The position numbers and the translations under genes were made by a program. A stretch of 64,000 nucleotides of DNA from Alphaproteobacteria bacterium (lineage in GTDB: Bacteria > Pseudomonadota > Alphaproteobacteria > UBA828), in contig CBDEFM010000002.1 of NCBI GenBank assembly GCA_965237415.1, positions 2,976,001-3,040,000 of the forward strand, given 5' to 3'. Positions within the stretch are counted from its first letter, which is position 1. Every line of letters starts with the position of its first letter. Shown one piece after another: positions 21,089-30,302 of this stretch. The notes under the pieces are model-generated. The model worked only from the letters and a program-made list of their open reading frames with translations, was not told where the DNA came from and did no database searches.

Positions 21089-22575
21089 TCCCTGTCCTCT
21101 CCCGACCATGGGGCGTCGTACTCGCCGCTCTCCGGCGCGAAGCCGTGGACCCGCCGGCCCAGAGGGTACGCCGCTTCCGGCAGGTCGCAGCGCAGGAACT
21201 GGCCGCGCCCCGGCTCGCCCAGCACCGCGCCGTCGTCCCACACCACCGTGCCGCGGGAGAGCGTGGTCACCGGCCAGCCCGTGACGACGCGGCCCTCGTA
21301 GGGTGTGTAGTCGAGATTGTCGTGCAGCATGTCCTGCGAGATCGTCACCGTGCGCTCCGGGTCCCAGATCGCGATATCGGCGTCGCCGCCGACCGCGATG
21401 CTGCCCTTGCGCGGGTAGAGGCCGTAGAGCTTCGCCGGGCGGGTGCAGCAGAGGTCGACGAAGCGATTGAGGCTAATCCGCCCGGCGCCCACGCCGGCGG
21501 AGAACAGCATCGGCATGCGGATTTCGAGCCCCGGCACGCCGTTCGCGATCCTGTTGAAGGGCGCGCCCTTGCCGTGCATCTGCTTGCCCTCAGGGTCGTC
21601 GTAGCGATAGGGCGCGTGGTCGGAGGAGAAGACGTCGAACACGCCGCCCTCCAGGCCGCGCCAGACGTACTCCTGGTTCGCGGCGTCGCGGGGCGGCGGG
21701 CTGCACACGTATTTCGCGCCCTCGAAGCCTTCGCGGTCGAGGTCGGCGGCGGTGAGGAAGAGATATTGCGGGCAGGTCTCGGCGTAGAGCCTGAGCCCCC
21801 GTGCCTTGGCGGCACGGATCTCCTCCATCGCCGCGCGCGCCGAGACATGCACGATCAGAATCGGCAAATCGACGATTTCGGCGAGCGCGATCGCCCGATG
21901 GGTCGCCTCGCGCTCGGCTTGGGCGGCGTGGGCGACGGCATGGAACTGCGGGGTGGTGCGGCCGGCGCCGATCAGGCGCTCCGTGAGCCAGGCGATGACG
22001 TCGTGGTTCTCGGCGTGGACCATCACCATCGCGCCCTCGCGCCGCGCCGCCGCGAGCACGTCGAGGATCTGGCGGTCGTCGAGCTTGAGCGCGTCGTAGG
22101 TCATGTAGATCTTGAACGAGGTGTAGCCGTCCGCGATCAGCGCCGGCAGCTCCTGGCCGAGCACCTGCTCGGTCGGGTCCGAGACGATCAGGTGGAAGGC
22201 GTAATCGATCACCGCCTTGCCCCGGGCGCGCGCGTGGTAGTCCTCGACAACGGCGCGGAGCGATTGGCCCCGGTGCTGCGCCGCGAAGGGGATGATGCAG
22301 GTGGTGCCGCCGCAGGCGGCCGAGATGGAGCCGGAGCGGAAATCGTCCGCCGTGGTGGCGCCCATCGAGGACGGCTGGTCGATGTGGCAGTGGCTGTCCA
22401 CCCCGCCCGGCAGCACGAGCTTGCCCGTCGCGTCGATCTCGTCTGCGCCGGGCCCAAGCCCTTCCGCCAGGGCGACGACGCGGCCGTCGCGGATTCCTAA
22501 GTCACAGGCGACCGTGTCGGCTGCCGTGGCCACGGTGCCGCCGCGGATGACGAGATCGTAGTTGGCCTGAGCCAT
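21085..22575 (-). CDS. hydA: Dihydropyrimidinase / D-hydantoinase
   Basis: PGGVDSHCH, SFKIYMTY, VHAEN, VHVS, ETCPQYL, CSPPPR, SSDHAP. Confidence 0.92.
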   Translation of the reverse strand: MAQANYDLVIRGGTVATAADTVACDLGIRDGRVVALAEGLGPGADEIDATGKLVLPGGVDSHCHIDQPSSMGATTADDFRSGSISAACGGTTCIIPFAAQHRGQSLRAVVEDYHARARGKAVIDYAFHLIVSDPTEQVLGQELPALIADGYTSFKIYMTYDALKLDDRQILDVLAAARREGAMVMVHAENHDVIAWLTERLIGAGRTTPQFHAVAHAAQAEREATHRAIALAEIVDLPILIVHVSARAAMEEIRAAKARGLRLYAETCPQYLFLTAADLDREGFEGAKYVCSPPPRDAANQEYVWRGLEGGVFDVFSSDHAPYRYDDPEGKQMHGKGAPFNRIANGVPGLEIRMPMLFSAGVGAGRISLNRFVDLCCTRPAKLYGLYPRKGSIAVGGDADIAIWDPERTVTISQDMLHDNLDYTPYEGRVVTGWPVTTLSRGTVVWDDGAVLGEPGRGQFLRCDLPEAAYPLGRRVHGFAPESGEYDAPWSGEDRE

Positions 22576-22587
22576 TGCGCGCTCCGG

Positions 22588-23661
22588 TTACAGGTGCGGG
22601 ACGACTTCGTCGGCGAGCAGGCGCATGGAGCGCCGCCAGCGAGCCTCGTCGTCCCAGTCGTGCGCGGTCGCGATCAGGGTGCCGAACTCGCCGACCTCTT
22701 CGCGAAAGGCCACGAGCTTCTCGGTCACGGTGCGGGGGCTGCCGGCGACGACCATTGCGTCCAGCATGTATTCGGTCGTGATCGCCTCGTCCGGCATGGC
22801 GGGGTCGTCCTTCAGCAGCGCGCCGAAGTCGGCATCCAGCAGCACCGTGCGCAGATAGTTGAAGTAGAAGGCGAGCGCGTTGTCGGGGTCGGCCAGATAG
22901 TCCTCGGCCTCGGCGTCGCTCTCGGTCACGAGGATGCTGCGGGCCGCACGCCAGATCGCGGGCTCGGGCCTGCGCCCGGCCGCTTCGCAGCCTTCGGCAT
23001 AGGCCTCCCAATGGGTCTTCACATGGCAGGCCGGGGTGAAATTCGCCGAGATCGGGATCCAGCCGTGCTCCCCGGCCGTCCGCGCGCTGCCCGACCGCGG
23101 GCTCATGATCGAGACCGCGATGGGCGGATGCGGCGTCTGGTACGGCCGGGCCATGACGCCGACGCCGAGGTCGCTGCGGTAGGCGTCCTGGATCTGAAAA
23201 TCCCAGTAGCCGCCGGGGAACGCGTAAGGCGGCTCCTGCGCCCAGATCTTCAGGATCGTCTCGATCGATTCCTGCATCATCTTCGGCCGGTCCGGCGGGT
23301 TGTTCAGCTTGAACATCTCGAAGTCGCTGGGCGAGCCGCCGGGCCCGATGCCGAAGATGAAGCGGCCCTGAGCAAGCTGATCGAACATCGCGGCATGGGC
23401 GGCGACGATCGCCGGGTGCTGCTGCGGCAGGTTGATCACGCCGGTGCCGAGCTTGATCCGCTTCGTGCGCTCGATCAGGGTCGCGAGGAAGATGAAGGGC
23501 GAGGTGATCTGCTCCGGCTTGTTGGAGTAGTGCTCGCCGACATAGACCTCCGCGAAGCCCAGCTCATCCGCCAGGACGATCGCGTCCTGATCCTCGCGCA
23601 GCACCGTGAGGAACGGCCTCTCCGGCCTGTGCAGCGGCATCATGAGCATGCCGAGTTCCAT
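22588..23661 (-). CDS. Luciferase-like (LLM) flavin-dependent monooxygenase
   Basis: ADELGF..VYVGEH, IKLGTGV, DQLAQGR..FGIGPG, PYQTPHPP. Confidence 0.88.
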   Translation of the reverse strand: MELGMLMMPLHRPERPFLTVLREDQDAIVLADELGFAEVYVGEHYSNKPEQITSPFIFLATLIERTKRIKLGTGVINLPQQHPAIVAAHAAMFDQLAQGRFIFGIGPGGSPSDFEMFKLNNPPDRPKMMQESIETILKIWAQEPPYAFPGGYWDFQIQDAYRSDLGVGVMARPYQTPHPPIAVSIMSPRSGSARTAGEHGWIPISANFTPACHVKTHWEAYAEGCEAAGRRPEPAIWRAARSILVTESDAEAEDYLADPDNALAFYFNYLRTVLLDADFGALLKDDPAMPDEAITTEYMLDAMVVAGSPRTVTEKLVAFREEVGEFGTLIATAHDWDDEARWRRSMRLLADEVVPHL

Positions 23662-23836
23662 GGCTCTGCCTCCCGAAGCCGCTATCCGCCTGCCGTCCCC
23701 GATGCTCGCGCCGCCTACTCTAAATGAGAACCCCGCGGGCGGCCATTGAGGCCAGCTGCGGGTCTCTCCTGCTGTGGCGTCTCTGTGCGGGGTGCCATAA
23801 TGCCGGCTCGCATTTGTGGCAGAGGAGGGAGAGACC

Positions 23837-25081
23837 ATGGCCCAGCGCAAGCCGCTGAAGACGCTGCGTATCGGGATGATCGGCGCGGGCTTCATCGCCC
23901 GCTTCCACCTCGAATCCTTCACCGGCGTGCGCAACTGCGCCATCACCGGGGTCTACAGCCCGACGAAAGAGAGCCGCAGCGCGCTGGCCAAGCGCGCCGA
24001 CGAGCTCGGCCTTGGCCCCTGCACCGCCCATGCCTCGCTCGACAAGCTGATCCAGGCGAAGGATGTGGATGCGCTCTGGATCCTCTCGCCCAACGACATC
24101 CGGGTTGCCACCATGCAGGCGATCCACAAGGCGGTGAAGGGCGGCAAGAGGCTGCGCGGCATTGCCTGCGAGAAGCCGCTCGCGCGCAACCTCGCCGAGG
24201 CCCGCGCCATGGTCTCGCTTGCCGACGACGCCAGGCTCGCCACCGGCTATCTGGAGAACCAGGTATTCTCGACGGCGGTCGAGCGCGGCAAGGAGATCAT
24301 CTGGCGCCGCGCCGTACCGCTCACCGGCCGGCCCTATCTCGCGCGCGCGGCCGAGGAGCATTCCGGCCCGCACATGCCCTGGTTCTGGCAGGGCGAGAAG
24401 CAGGGCGGCGGCGTGCTCTCCGACATGATGTGCCATTCGGTGGAGGTGGCGCGCCACATGCTGACCGCGCCGGACGAGGCGCGCGATGCGCTCACGGTGA
24501 AGAGCGTCAACGCCACCGTCGCCAATCTCAAGTGGACCCGGCCGGCCTATGTGCGGCGGCTCAAGCGAGAGATGGGGCGCGAGGTCGACTATGGCCGCCG
24601 GCCCGCCGAGGATTTCGCGCGCGGCACGCTGGTGCTGGAGGACCCGGACGGCAACGAGGCGATGATCGAAACCACCACGTCCTGGGCCTATGTGGGTGCG
24701 GGGCTCCGCATCCAGCTTGAGTTATTGGGGCCGGAGTATTCGATGGAGTTCTCCTCCCTCGGCACCGGGCTCAAGGTCTTCATCTCGCGTGCGGTCAAGG
24801 GCGCCGCCGGCGAAGACCTGGTGGAGAAGCAGAACGCGGAGCAGGGCCTGATGCCGGCGCTGGAGGACGAGGCCGGGGTCTACGGCTACACCAGCGAGAA
24901 CCGCCACATGGTGGAATGCTTCCGCACCGGCGTGACACCCGCCGAGACCTTCCGCGACGGGCTCGCGGTGACGGAGATCCTGATGGCGCTCTACCGCTCC
25001 GCCGAGCTGGAGCGCACCGTGCACTTCGGTGAGGAGGATTTGGGGGACTACATCCCGCCGGTGGCCAGGGCCGCTTCTTGA
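23837..25081 (+). CDS. Gfo/Idh/MocA family oxidoreductase
   Basis: IGMIGAGFIA, CEKPLA, GGGVLSDMMCH; GGAGG-type RBS. Confidence 0.88.
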   Translation: MAQRKPLKTLRIGMIGAGFIARFHLESFTGVRNCAITGVYSPTKESRSALAKRADELGLGPCTAHASLDKLIQAKDVDALWILSPNDIRVATMQAIHKAVKGGKRLRGIACEKPLARNLAEARAMVSLADDARLATGYLENQVFSTAVERGKEIIWRRAVPLTGRPYLARAAEEHSGPHMPWFWQGEKQGGGVLSDMMCHSVEVARHMLTAPDEARDALTVKSVNATVANLKWTRPAYVRRLKREMGREVDYGRRPAEDFARGTLVLEDPDGNEAMIETTTSWAYVGAGLRIQLELLGPEYSMEFSSLGTGLKVFISRAVKGAAGEDLVEKQNAEQGLMPALEDEAGVYGYTSENRHMVECFRTGVTPAETFRDGLAVTEILMALYRSAELERTVHFGEEDLGDYIPPVARAAS

Positions 25082-25500
25082 CTACGGCGTGACGTCGCCC
25101 TTGCGGAACTGGCGCAGGAACGCCCAGATCTCTTCCGCGCTCTCGATGTCGCGGTTGTGGGTGCCGGACCATCCGCGCCACGCGGCGGGGTGAGGCTCAA
25201 GGCTCGGCCAGTTGTGGCCGCCGCCTTCGACCCGGAGCAGCTTGACGGCGCTCGGGATCCCGCAGCCGGTCCAGACGACTTCGAGGACGCGGCCCCCATC
25301 TCCTGTGTTCCGGTCGTCTCGAAGTTTGGCCACCTGGCCCGTGCAGCCGTGGAGCAGGCGGAAATGCTCCATGGTCTCGGGGATCGAGATCTCCCGCGCG
25401 GTCGGGAACAGCCAACCGTCATAGGGCACGCTTCTGTCGTTCGTACCAGCGATGGCCAGGAGGGGGATCGGAACGGTCGCCGCGCAGGTGTCGCGGTGCA
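25082..25500 (-). pseudogene. C-terminal fragment of a LpqC/PHB-depolymerase-like esterase
   Basis: PIPLLAIAGTNDRSVPY, VEGGGHNWP, DIESAEEIWAF; the N-terminal half is replaced by an oppositely oriented ABC fragment. Confidence 0.65.
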
Positions 25501-25912
25501 CCTCGGTGTCTACGGCGACCTCACCATGCGCCACAACATGCAGCTGCCGCTCCAGCACAGCCTCTCGGGCGAGGCGATGGATGCGGAGATCGCGCGGCTG
25601 CTCGAGCGGCTCAACCTCGCCGGCACCGAGGATCGCCGCGAGGCTGAGCTTTCGCACGGTCAGCGGCAGTGGCTCGCCATCGGCATGGCGCTCGCCATGC
25701 GGCCGGTACTCCTTCTGCTCGACGAGCCGACCGCCGGCATGGGGCCTGAGGAAACCCGGGCCACCGGCGCGCTCGTCCACTCCGTCCATGAGGAAGGCGT
25801 CACGATTGTCGTCGTCGAGCACGACATGGCATTCGTGGGTGGTGGGTCAGTTTGAAAATGTCCGAGTCTCGCCATGCTGGCACGCGGACGGCAGGCGTGC
25901 CATATTCATGAC

Positions 25913-26128
25913 ATGGCTAGAGCCAAGCGCCCCCGCGACACCAACCAGCTCGCCAAGCTCATCGTGGACGTGACAACGGGTGAGGCGGATGGCAGCGCAT
26001 CAGATGTCAATGAGGCACAACAACGAGGCGGTCGCACAGGCGGAAAGTCGCGGGCCAAGAAACTCAGCCCCGAACAACGTAGCGAAATCGCACGCACTGC
26101 TGCAAGTGCGCGGTGGAAAAAGCACTAG
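25913..26128 (+). CDS. Small basic passenger protein (KRPRD.NQLAK...GG..RA..LSPEQRSEIA...RW)
   Basis: 71-aa basic ORF just inside the left IR, of the type recalled from ISMhu11-like elements. Confidence 0.7.
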   Translation: MARAKRPRDTNQLAKLIVDVTTGEADGSASDVNEAQQRGGRTGGKSRAKKLSPEQRSEIARTAASARWKKH

Positions 26129-26625
26129 GCCTTTCTGACAACACCACCCTCTGACTCTGACTTTTCGGCCAACCGTTGCTCAACCACATCGTCGGTGAAG
26201 TCAGCGAAGAAGTTCAACTGCGGATTATCTTTGTGCACTCGATTCATTCTGTCCACATCACACACTGCGCGGTATACATCGTTTGCGATTGCTTCGCGGC
26301 GTTGTCTAACCGACTTCTGACGGAGTGATGGGGAGCCGCCCGTGTCAGTATCGAAGTAGTGCTTAATTACCTCCCCACTCTCAAACAATGAGGCAGACTG
26401 AAAAGCGCGATAGGTAAAGCCGCCTTCGACATCACGCCGCCTGGCCTGCCTCAGCGATTGAGTAACCTGACGGCGAAGCATCTTCCTTACATCCTGCGGA
26501 CGCGGCACTAGCTTCCTATTTGCCACTGCCCAATCCACGAAATCGTCAGGATCGCCTGAACCCTGCCCAGTCTCGGCCTCCCATTCTTGCCAAAGTCGCA
26601 CAATTTGTTCATCGAAGCGCGCCAT
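26125..26625 (-). CDS. Hypothetical protein, third gene of the higBA operon
   Basis: 166-aa ORF with GGAG RBS, 11 bp downstream of higA. Confidence 0.7.
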   Translation of the reverse strand: MARFDEQIVRLWQEWEAETGQGSGDPDDFVDWAVANRKLVPRPQDVRKMLRRQVTQSLRQARRRDVEGGFTYRAFQSASLFESGEVIKHYFDTDTGGSPSLRQKSVRQRREAIANDVYRAVCDVDRMNRVHKDNPQLNFFADFTDDVVEQRLAEKSESEGGVVRKA

Positions 26626-26636
26626 TTCTAGTCTCC

Positions 26637-27776
26637 CTAGAGTTCAACGGGGGCTTCTTTACCCCATCCGTCTACGCTTTCCCATTCCATAAGGTACTTT
26701 CGGACTGCGAAGAGATGCTTTCTCAGCCAATTGTATTTTTTGGTCTGGTTTTGAATTTGGCCGACAACAACTGAGGGATTGATCTCGACCCTCGCTGCGA
26801 ATCGTAACATGTCTAGTTCTGAGATGAATGGGCTCTTCCGCAGGATGAACGATGACAATAGCCCCTGCGGGACGCAGAACTCCGCTGCCGCCGCGTTGGC
26901 AAGGCGCTCGCAATCCGGCAAATCGTCGTCTAAGCCGCCCTCCACGCTCTCGTCCACTGGTGCAAAAGTTTGCTCACGCCCATCGCCGCGCAGAACATGT
27001 TCGATTTCGTGCCGCAGCACAAAGCACAAATTATCCAGTCGATCCAGTCGGTTCGTTAGGCCGATGACGGGCTGTCCATCAAGCCAGAGGCAGACGCCAT
27101 CAATTTTGGAACGGGGCAGAGATTCAACGAGAACCACGCGTACACCGTGCCGCTTAAGGAACGAGGGAATATGACGCAAGTCATCCCGGTCAATGAAATG
27201 AGCCCGCAGAGCGGGGAGCGCCGCGCGCAGAGACGCTTCTGAATAGCTGGGGCAATCGACGGTCTCTGCAATTTGTTTGACGCGGTGTAGCCACACATAT
27301 TGAATTGGTGTTACATCGCTGTAGGAAGATTTTTTTGCCATGTGCGAGACTACGGGAGCATTGCTAACAAATGGCACATCATTTCTGTGATCCTTCCCGA
27401 AGAAACGAATCATTTGAAGCTCAAGGAGGTTAGTGTCGCAGTCGTCAATCCAGCCACGCTTGATCATCTCCCTCACCGGAAAAAACGCTGTCCATGATGC
27501 ACGGGTCTTGACGCCTGGATCTGCCTTCTGAGCTTTCCCGAGTTTGTACATTCCCTGGAGGTTCAAAAAAAACTCGGGAGGAACGTCGAAGGCATCCGCG
27601 AGCAGGACTGCGGACTCCGTGGTCACGTTGGTCTTACCCTTGATCAAGCGATTAAGGTGCGCTGTATCCCACCCGAGCACAAACGCTAGGTCAGCCTGCG
27701 CCCAGCCACGAGCTTCAATTTCCTCCGCGATGAACTCGCCAGGGTGTTCTGTGGGCAGCCTTTCAACGTTTGCCAT
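26637..27776 (-). CDS. higA: HigA-type XRE HTH antitoxin fused to ImmA/IrrE (M78) metallopeptidase
   Basis: HPGEFIAEEIEARGW.QADLA HTH; KIDGVC, RLDN..FVLRHEIEH (HExxH), ERLAN..A. Confidence 0.85.
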   Translation of the reverse strand: MANVERLPTEHPGEFIAEEIEARGWAQADLAFVLGWDTAHLNRLIKGKTNVTTESAVLLADAFDVPPEFFLNLQGMYKLGKAQKADPGVKTRASWTAFFPVREMIKRGWIDDCDTNLLELQMIRFFGKDHRNDVPFVSNAPVVSHMAKKSSYSDVTPIQYVWLHRVKQIAETVDCPSYSEASLRAALPALRAHFIDRDDLRHIPSFLKRHGVRVVLVESLPRSKIDGVCLWLDGQPVIGLTNRLDRLDNLCFVLRHEIEHVLRGDGREQTFAPVDESVEGGLDDDLPDCERLANAAAAEFCVPQGLLSSFILRKSPFISELDMLRFAARVEINPSVVVGQIQNQTKKYNWLRKHLFAVRKYLMEWESVDGWGKEAPVEL

Positions 27777-28072
27777 TAGTGGTAGTCCTCAATGCTCAAT
27801 ATCGTGATGGTCTGGGGATCAGCGTTCTCATCCAGAGAGAATACCATTCGGTATTTTTCGTTCAGTCGGATCGAACGTGTCCCCTCACGATTTCCCCTGA
27901 GTTTCTTGTAGTGCAGACTATTCCAGTTGAGCAGTGCCCGGTCATCTGGAGCCGCTCGCAAAACGGTCAGTTTCCGGCGCGCGGATTTGATGACACCAAC
28001 TGGCAGGCGAGTTTCCCCTGCCCTTTCGGTTTCGATCAGAGCAAGCATCTCGTCTGCGAACACCACATCCAT
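27776..28072 (-). CDS. higB: HigB/RelE-family toxin
   Basis: SLHYKKLRGNREGTRSIRLNEKYRMVF...IEDYH; toxin-first gene order. Confidence 0.88.
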   Translation of the reverse strand: MDVVFADEMLALIETERAGETRLPVGVIKSARRKLTVLRAAPDDRALLNWNSLHYKKLRGNREGTRSIRLNEKYRMVFSLDENADPQTITILSIEDYH

Positions 28073-28146
28073 GTGGACGCCTCTAACATACTGCAATCAA
28101 TAGTGCAAAGAGAAATTGATGAGGCGATACAATTGCGAGTATATGC

Positions 28147-28174
28147 TTGACATTGGTCAGAATGAAACTATGCT
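28147..28174 (+). promoter_or_regulatory. Sigma70 promoter for a leaderless transposase mRNA
   Basis: TTGACA-N16-TATGCT-N6-ATG, no RBS. Confidence 0.65.
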
Positions 28175-28180
28175 GAACGT

Positions 28181-29071
28181 ATGAGAAAGTTAAACACCAA
28201 GACACGCACTCTGATCCTCCGCTGCCTGGTGGAAGGCATGAGCATTCGGTCCACGGCCCGCACGGCGGACGTGAGCAAGAACACGGTCATGAAGCTGTTG
28301 GTCGACGCCGGCAAGACCTGCGCGGCATATCAAGATCGTGCGCTCCGCGATCTACCGTGCCGCCGCATCCAGGTAGATGAGATCTGGTCGTTCATCTACG
28401 CCAAGGACAAAAACGTGGAGCGCGCGAAGGCCGCGCCGGCTGAGGCTGGCGACGTGTGGACGTGGACGGCCATCGACGCGGAAACCAAGCTGGTGCCGTC
28501 CTGGCGGGTTGGGGATCGCTCAGGTGAGACCGCTATCGACTTCATGGACGATCTGCGCGAACGGTTGGCAGGGCGGGTGCAACTCACCAGCGACGGCCAC
28601 AAGGCATACTTGGAAGCCGTCGAAGGCACATTCGGCGGCGATGTGGACTACGCCATGTTGGTAAAGTTGTACGGCAGAGAAAGCGGCGTATCGTCTGAGA
28701 AGCGCTACAGCCCGGCGGTATGCACTGGCATTCGCAAGCGCCGGATCGAAGGCAGCCCGGACCCAGCGCACGTCTCGACCAGCTACGCTGAGCGCAACAA
28801 CCTCACTATGCGGACGTCGATGCGCCGGTTCACACGGCTGACCAACGCCTTTTCAAAGAATATCGAGAACCACGCGCACAGCGTCGCGTTGCACTTCATG
28901 TACTACAACTTCTGCCGTCAGCATAAGAGCCTTGACGGAATCAGCCCCGCGATGGCCGCTGGCGTTACGGATCGGCTGTGGGACATCGAAGACATCGTGC
29001 GGCTGGTAGACGACGCGGCACCCAAGCCGAAGCGTCCGGCCACCTATCGCAAGCGGACGATTTCAAAGTGA
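28181..29071 (+). CDS. IS1-family DDE transposase
   Basis: N-terminal HTH (EGMSIRSTAR..VSKNTV), QVDEIWSF, LTSDG, ERNNLTMR..RRFTRLT; stop lies inside the right IR. Confidence 0.9.
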   Translation: MRKLNTKTRTLILRCLVEGMSIRSTARTADVSKNTVMKLLVDAGKTCAAYQDRALRDLPCRRIQVDEIWSFIYAKDKNVERAKAAPAEAGDVWTWTAIDAETKLVPSWRVGDRSGETAIDFMDDLRERLAGRVQLTSDGHKAYLEAVEGTFGGDVDYAMLVKLYGRESGVSSEKRYSPAVCTGIRKRRIEGSPDPAHVSTSYAERNNLTMRTSMRRFTRLTNAFSKNIENHAHSVALHFMYYNFCRQHKSLDGISPAMAAGVTDRLWDIEDIVRLVDDAAPKPKRPATYRKRTISK

Positions 29072-29262
29072 CCCACTACCCATTCGTGCGCCAGCTTGGC
29101 GCACCGGTTACCGTGCTTCACTACGGGCGGGTGTTCGCCGAGGGATCGCTCGCGGCGATCGAGGGCAACGAGGACGTTCGCAACATCTATCTCGGCGCGT
29201 CACGGACGATGGCCGTACGTGGCCGCCACCACTGAGAACCGCAGACCAGGGGAGAAGAGGCG

Positions 29263-30252
29263 ATGCAGACGATCAAGCGGGGCGAGATTCCGAGCAAGTA
29301 CGCCTTCGACTGGGAGGACGAACCGGCGCTCAGGGTGGCGCAGGGGGAGGCGTTTCAGCTGGAGACCGACGATGCGCTCTCCGGCCTCATCGCCGACGAC
29401 GGCGACGACCCGCTGGTGCACAACTTCACCGGCGAGCATGTGGTGGCGCTGCAGAGCGTCTGGCCGCCCAAATACAACCCCGTGGTCGGCCCGATCTATG
29501 TCGAGGGCTGCGAGCGGGGGGATACGCTCGCCGTTCGTATCGACTCCATCGATCCCTGGCGCTACGGCTTCTCCGGCATCCTGCCTGGTATCGGGCCGTT
29601 GGGAGATTCGAAGCGCTGGGCGGAGTGCTCGGAACCGCACGTGCAGGTGATCGAGCATTTTCCCGGCCCGAGCGGCCACACGCGGGACGGCACCGGCCGC
29701 TATTCCGACAAGCTCACGTGGGACCTGATGCCCTTCTGCGGCACGCTTGCGTGTGCGCCGGAGCGCGAGGTGTTCACCTCGCTCCTCGGCCAGGGGCCCT
29801 TCGGCGGCAATATCGACTGCCGGGACGTCTGCGCCGGGCACACGATCTATCTGAACGCCTATCACGAGGGCGGCCTGCTCTACGTGGGCGACATGCACGG
29901 CGGGCAGGGCGACACCGAGTTCACGGGCATCGCCGACGAGACGCGGGCGACAATCCAGCTGAGCGCCACGGTGATCAAGAACAAGCACGCGCCCTGCGTG
30001 CGGATCGAGAAGCCGGACAGCATCGTGGCGGTGGGGATCAACCTGCCGATGGAGCACGCGGTCTACGACGCCTGCGACAACATGATGCAGTGGCTCAGGG
30101 ACGACTACGGCATCAGTGGAAAGGACATGTACATCCGCATGTCCTGCGACCCCGCGTTCCGTGTCCGCACCTATCAGATGGTGCGCGCGGTGACGATCCA
30201 GCACGTCGTCGGTGCCGAGTATCCCAAGGGGCGCCTTATCCCCGCATTCTGA
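29263..30252 (+). CDS. Acetamidase/formamidase family protein
   Basis: NPVVGPIYVEG..GDTL, GGNIDC, VGDMHGGQGDTE. Confidence 0.88.
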   Translation: MQTIKRGEIPSKYAFDWEDEPALRVAQGEAFQLETDDALSGLIADDGDDPLVHNFTGEHVVALQSVWPPKYNPVVGPIYVEGCERGDTLAVRIDSIDPWRYGFSGILPGIGPLGDSKRWAECSEPHVQVIEHFPGPSGHTRDGTGRYSDKLTWDLMPFCGTLACAPEREVFTSLLGQGPFGGNIDCRDVCAGHTIYLNAYHEGGLLYVGDMHGGQGDTEFTGIADETRATIQLSATVIKNKHAPCVRIEKPDSIVAVGINLPMEHAVYDACDNMMQWLRDDYGISGKDMYIRMSCDPAFRVRTYQMVRAVTIQHVVGAEYPKGRLIPAF

Positions 30253-30302
30253 GGTCTCTGGCTCGGCCCTCGGCAACGGCAAACGGAGAGGAGTTTGCGG
30301 AG

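Larger units (their letters stand above)
25838..29080 (+). mobile_element. IS1-family (ISMhu11-like) transporter IS, 3243 bp, with passenger genes
   Basis: Terminal IRs ggtggtgggtcagtttgaaa / tttcaaagtgacccactacc (18/20 match); 8-bp TSD cattcgtg at 25830-25837 and 29081-29088. Confidence 0.93.
25505..29235 (+). pseudogene. LivG/UrtD-type ABC ATPase, 5'-truncated and split by the IS1-family element
   Basis: LSHGQRQWL, LLDEPTAG, VVEHDMAFV | RQLGAPVTVLHYG...IYLG rejoin in frame after removing 25838-29088. Confidence 0.85.

Noticed and set aside
29625-30302. Apparent 610-aa FAH fusion ORF
   Set aside because: The N-terminal part is an alternate frame overlapping the acetamidase gene
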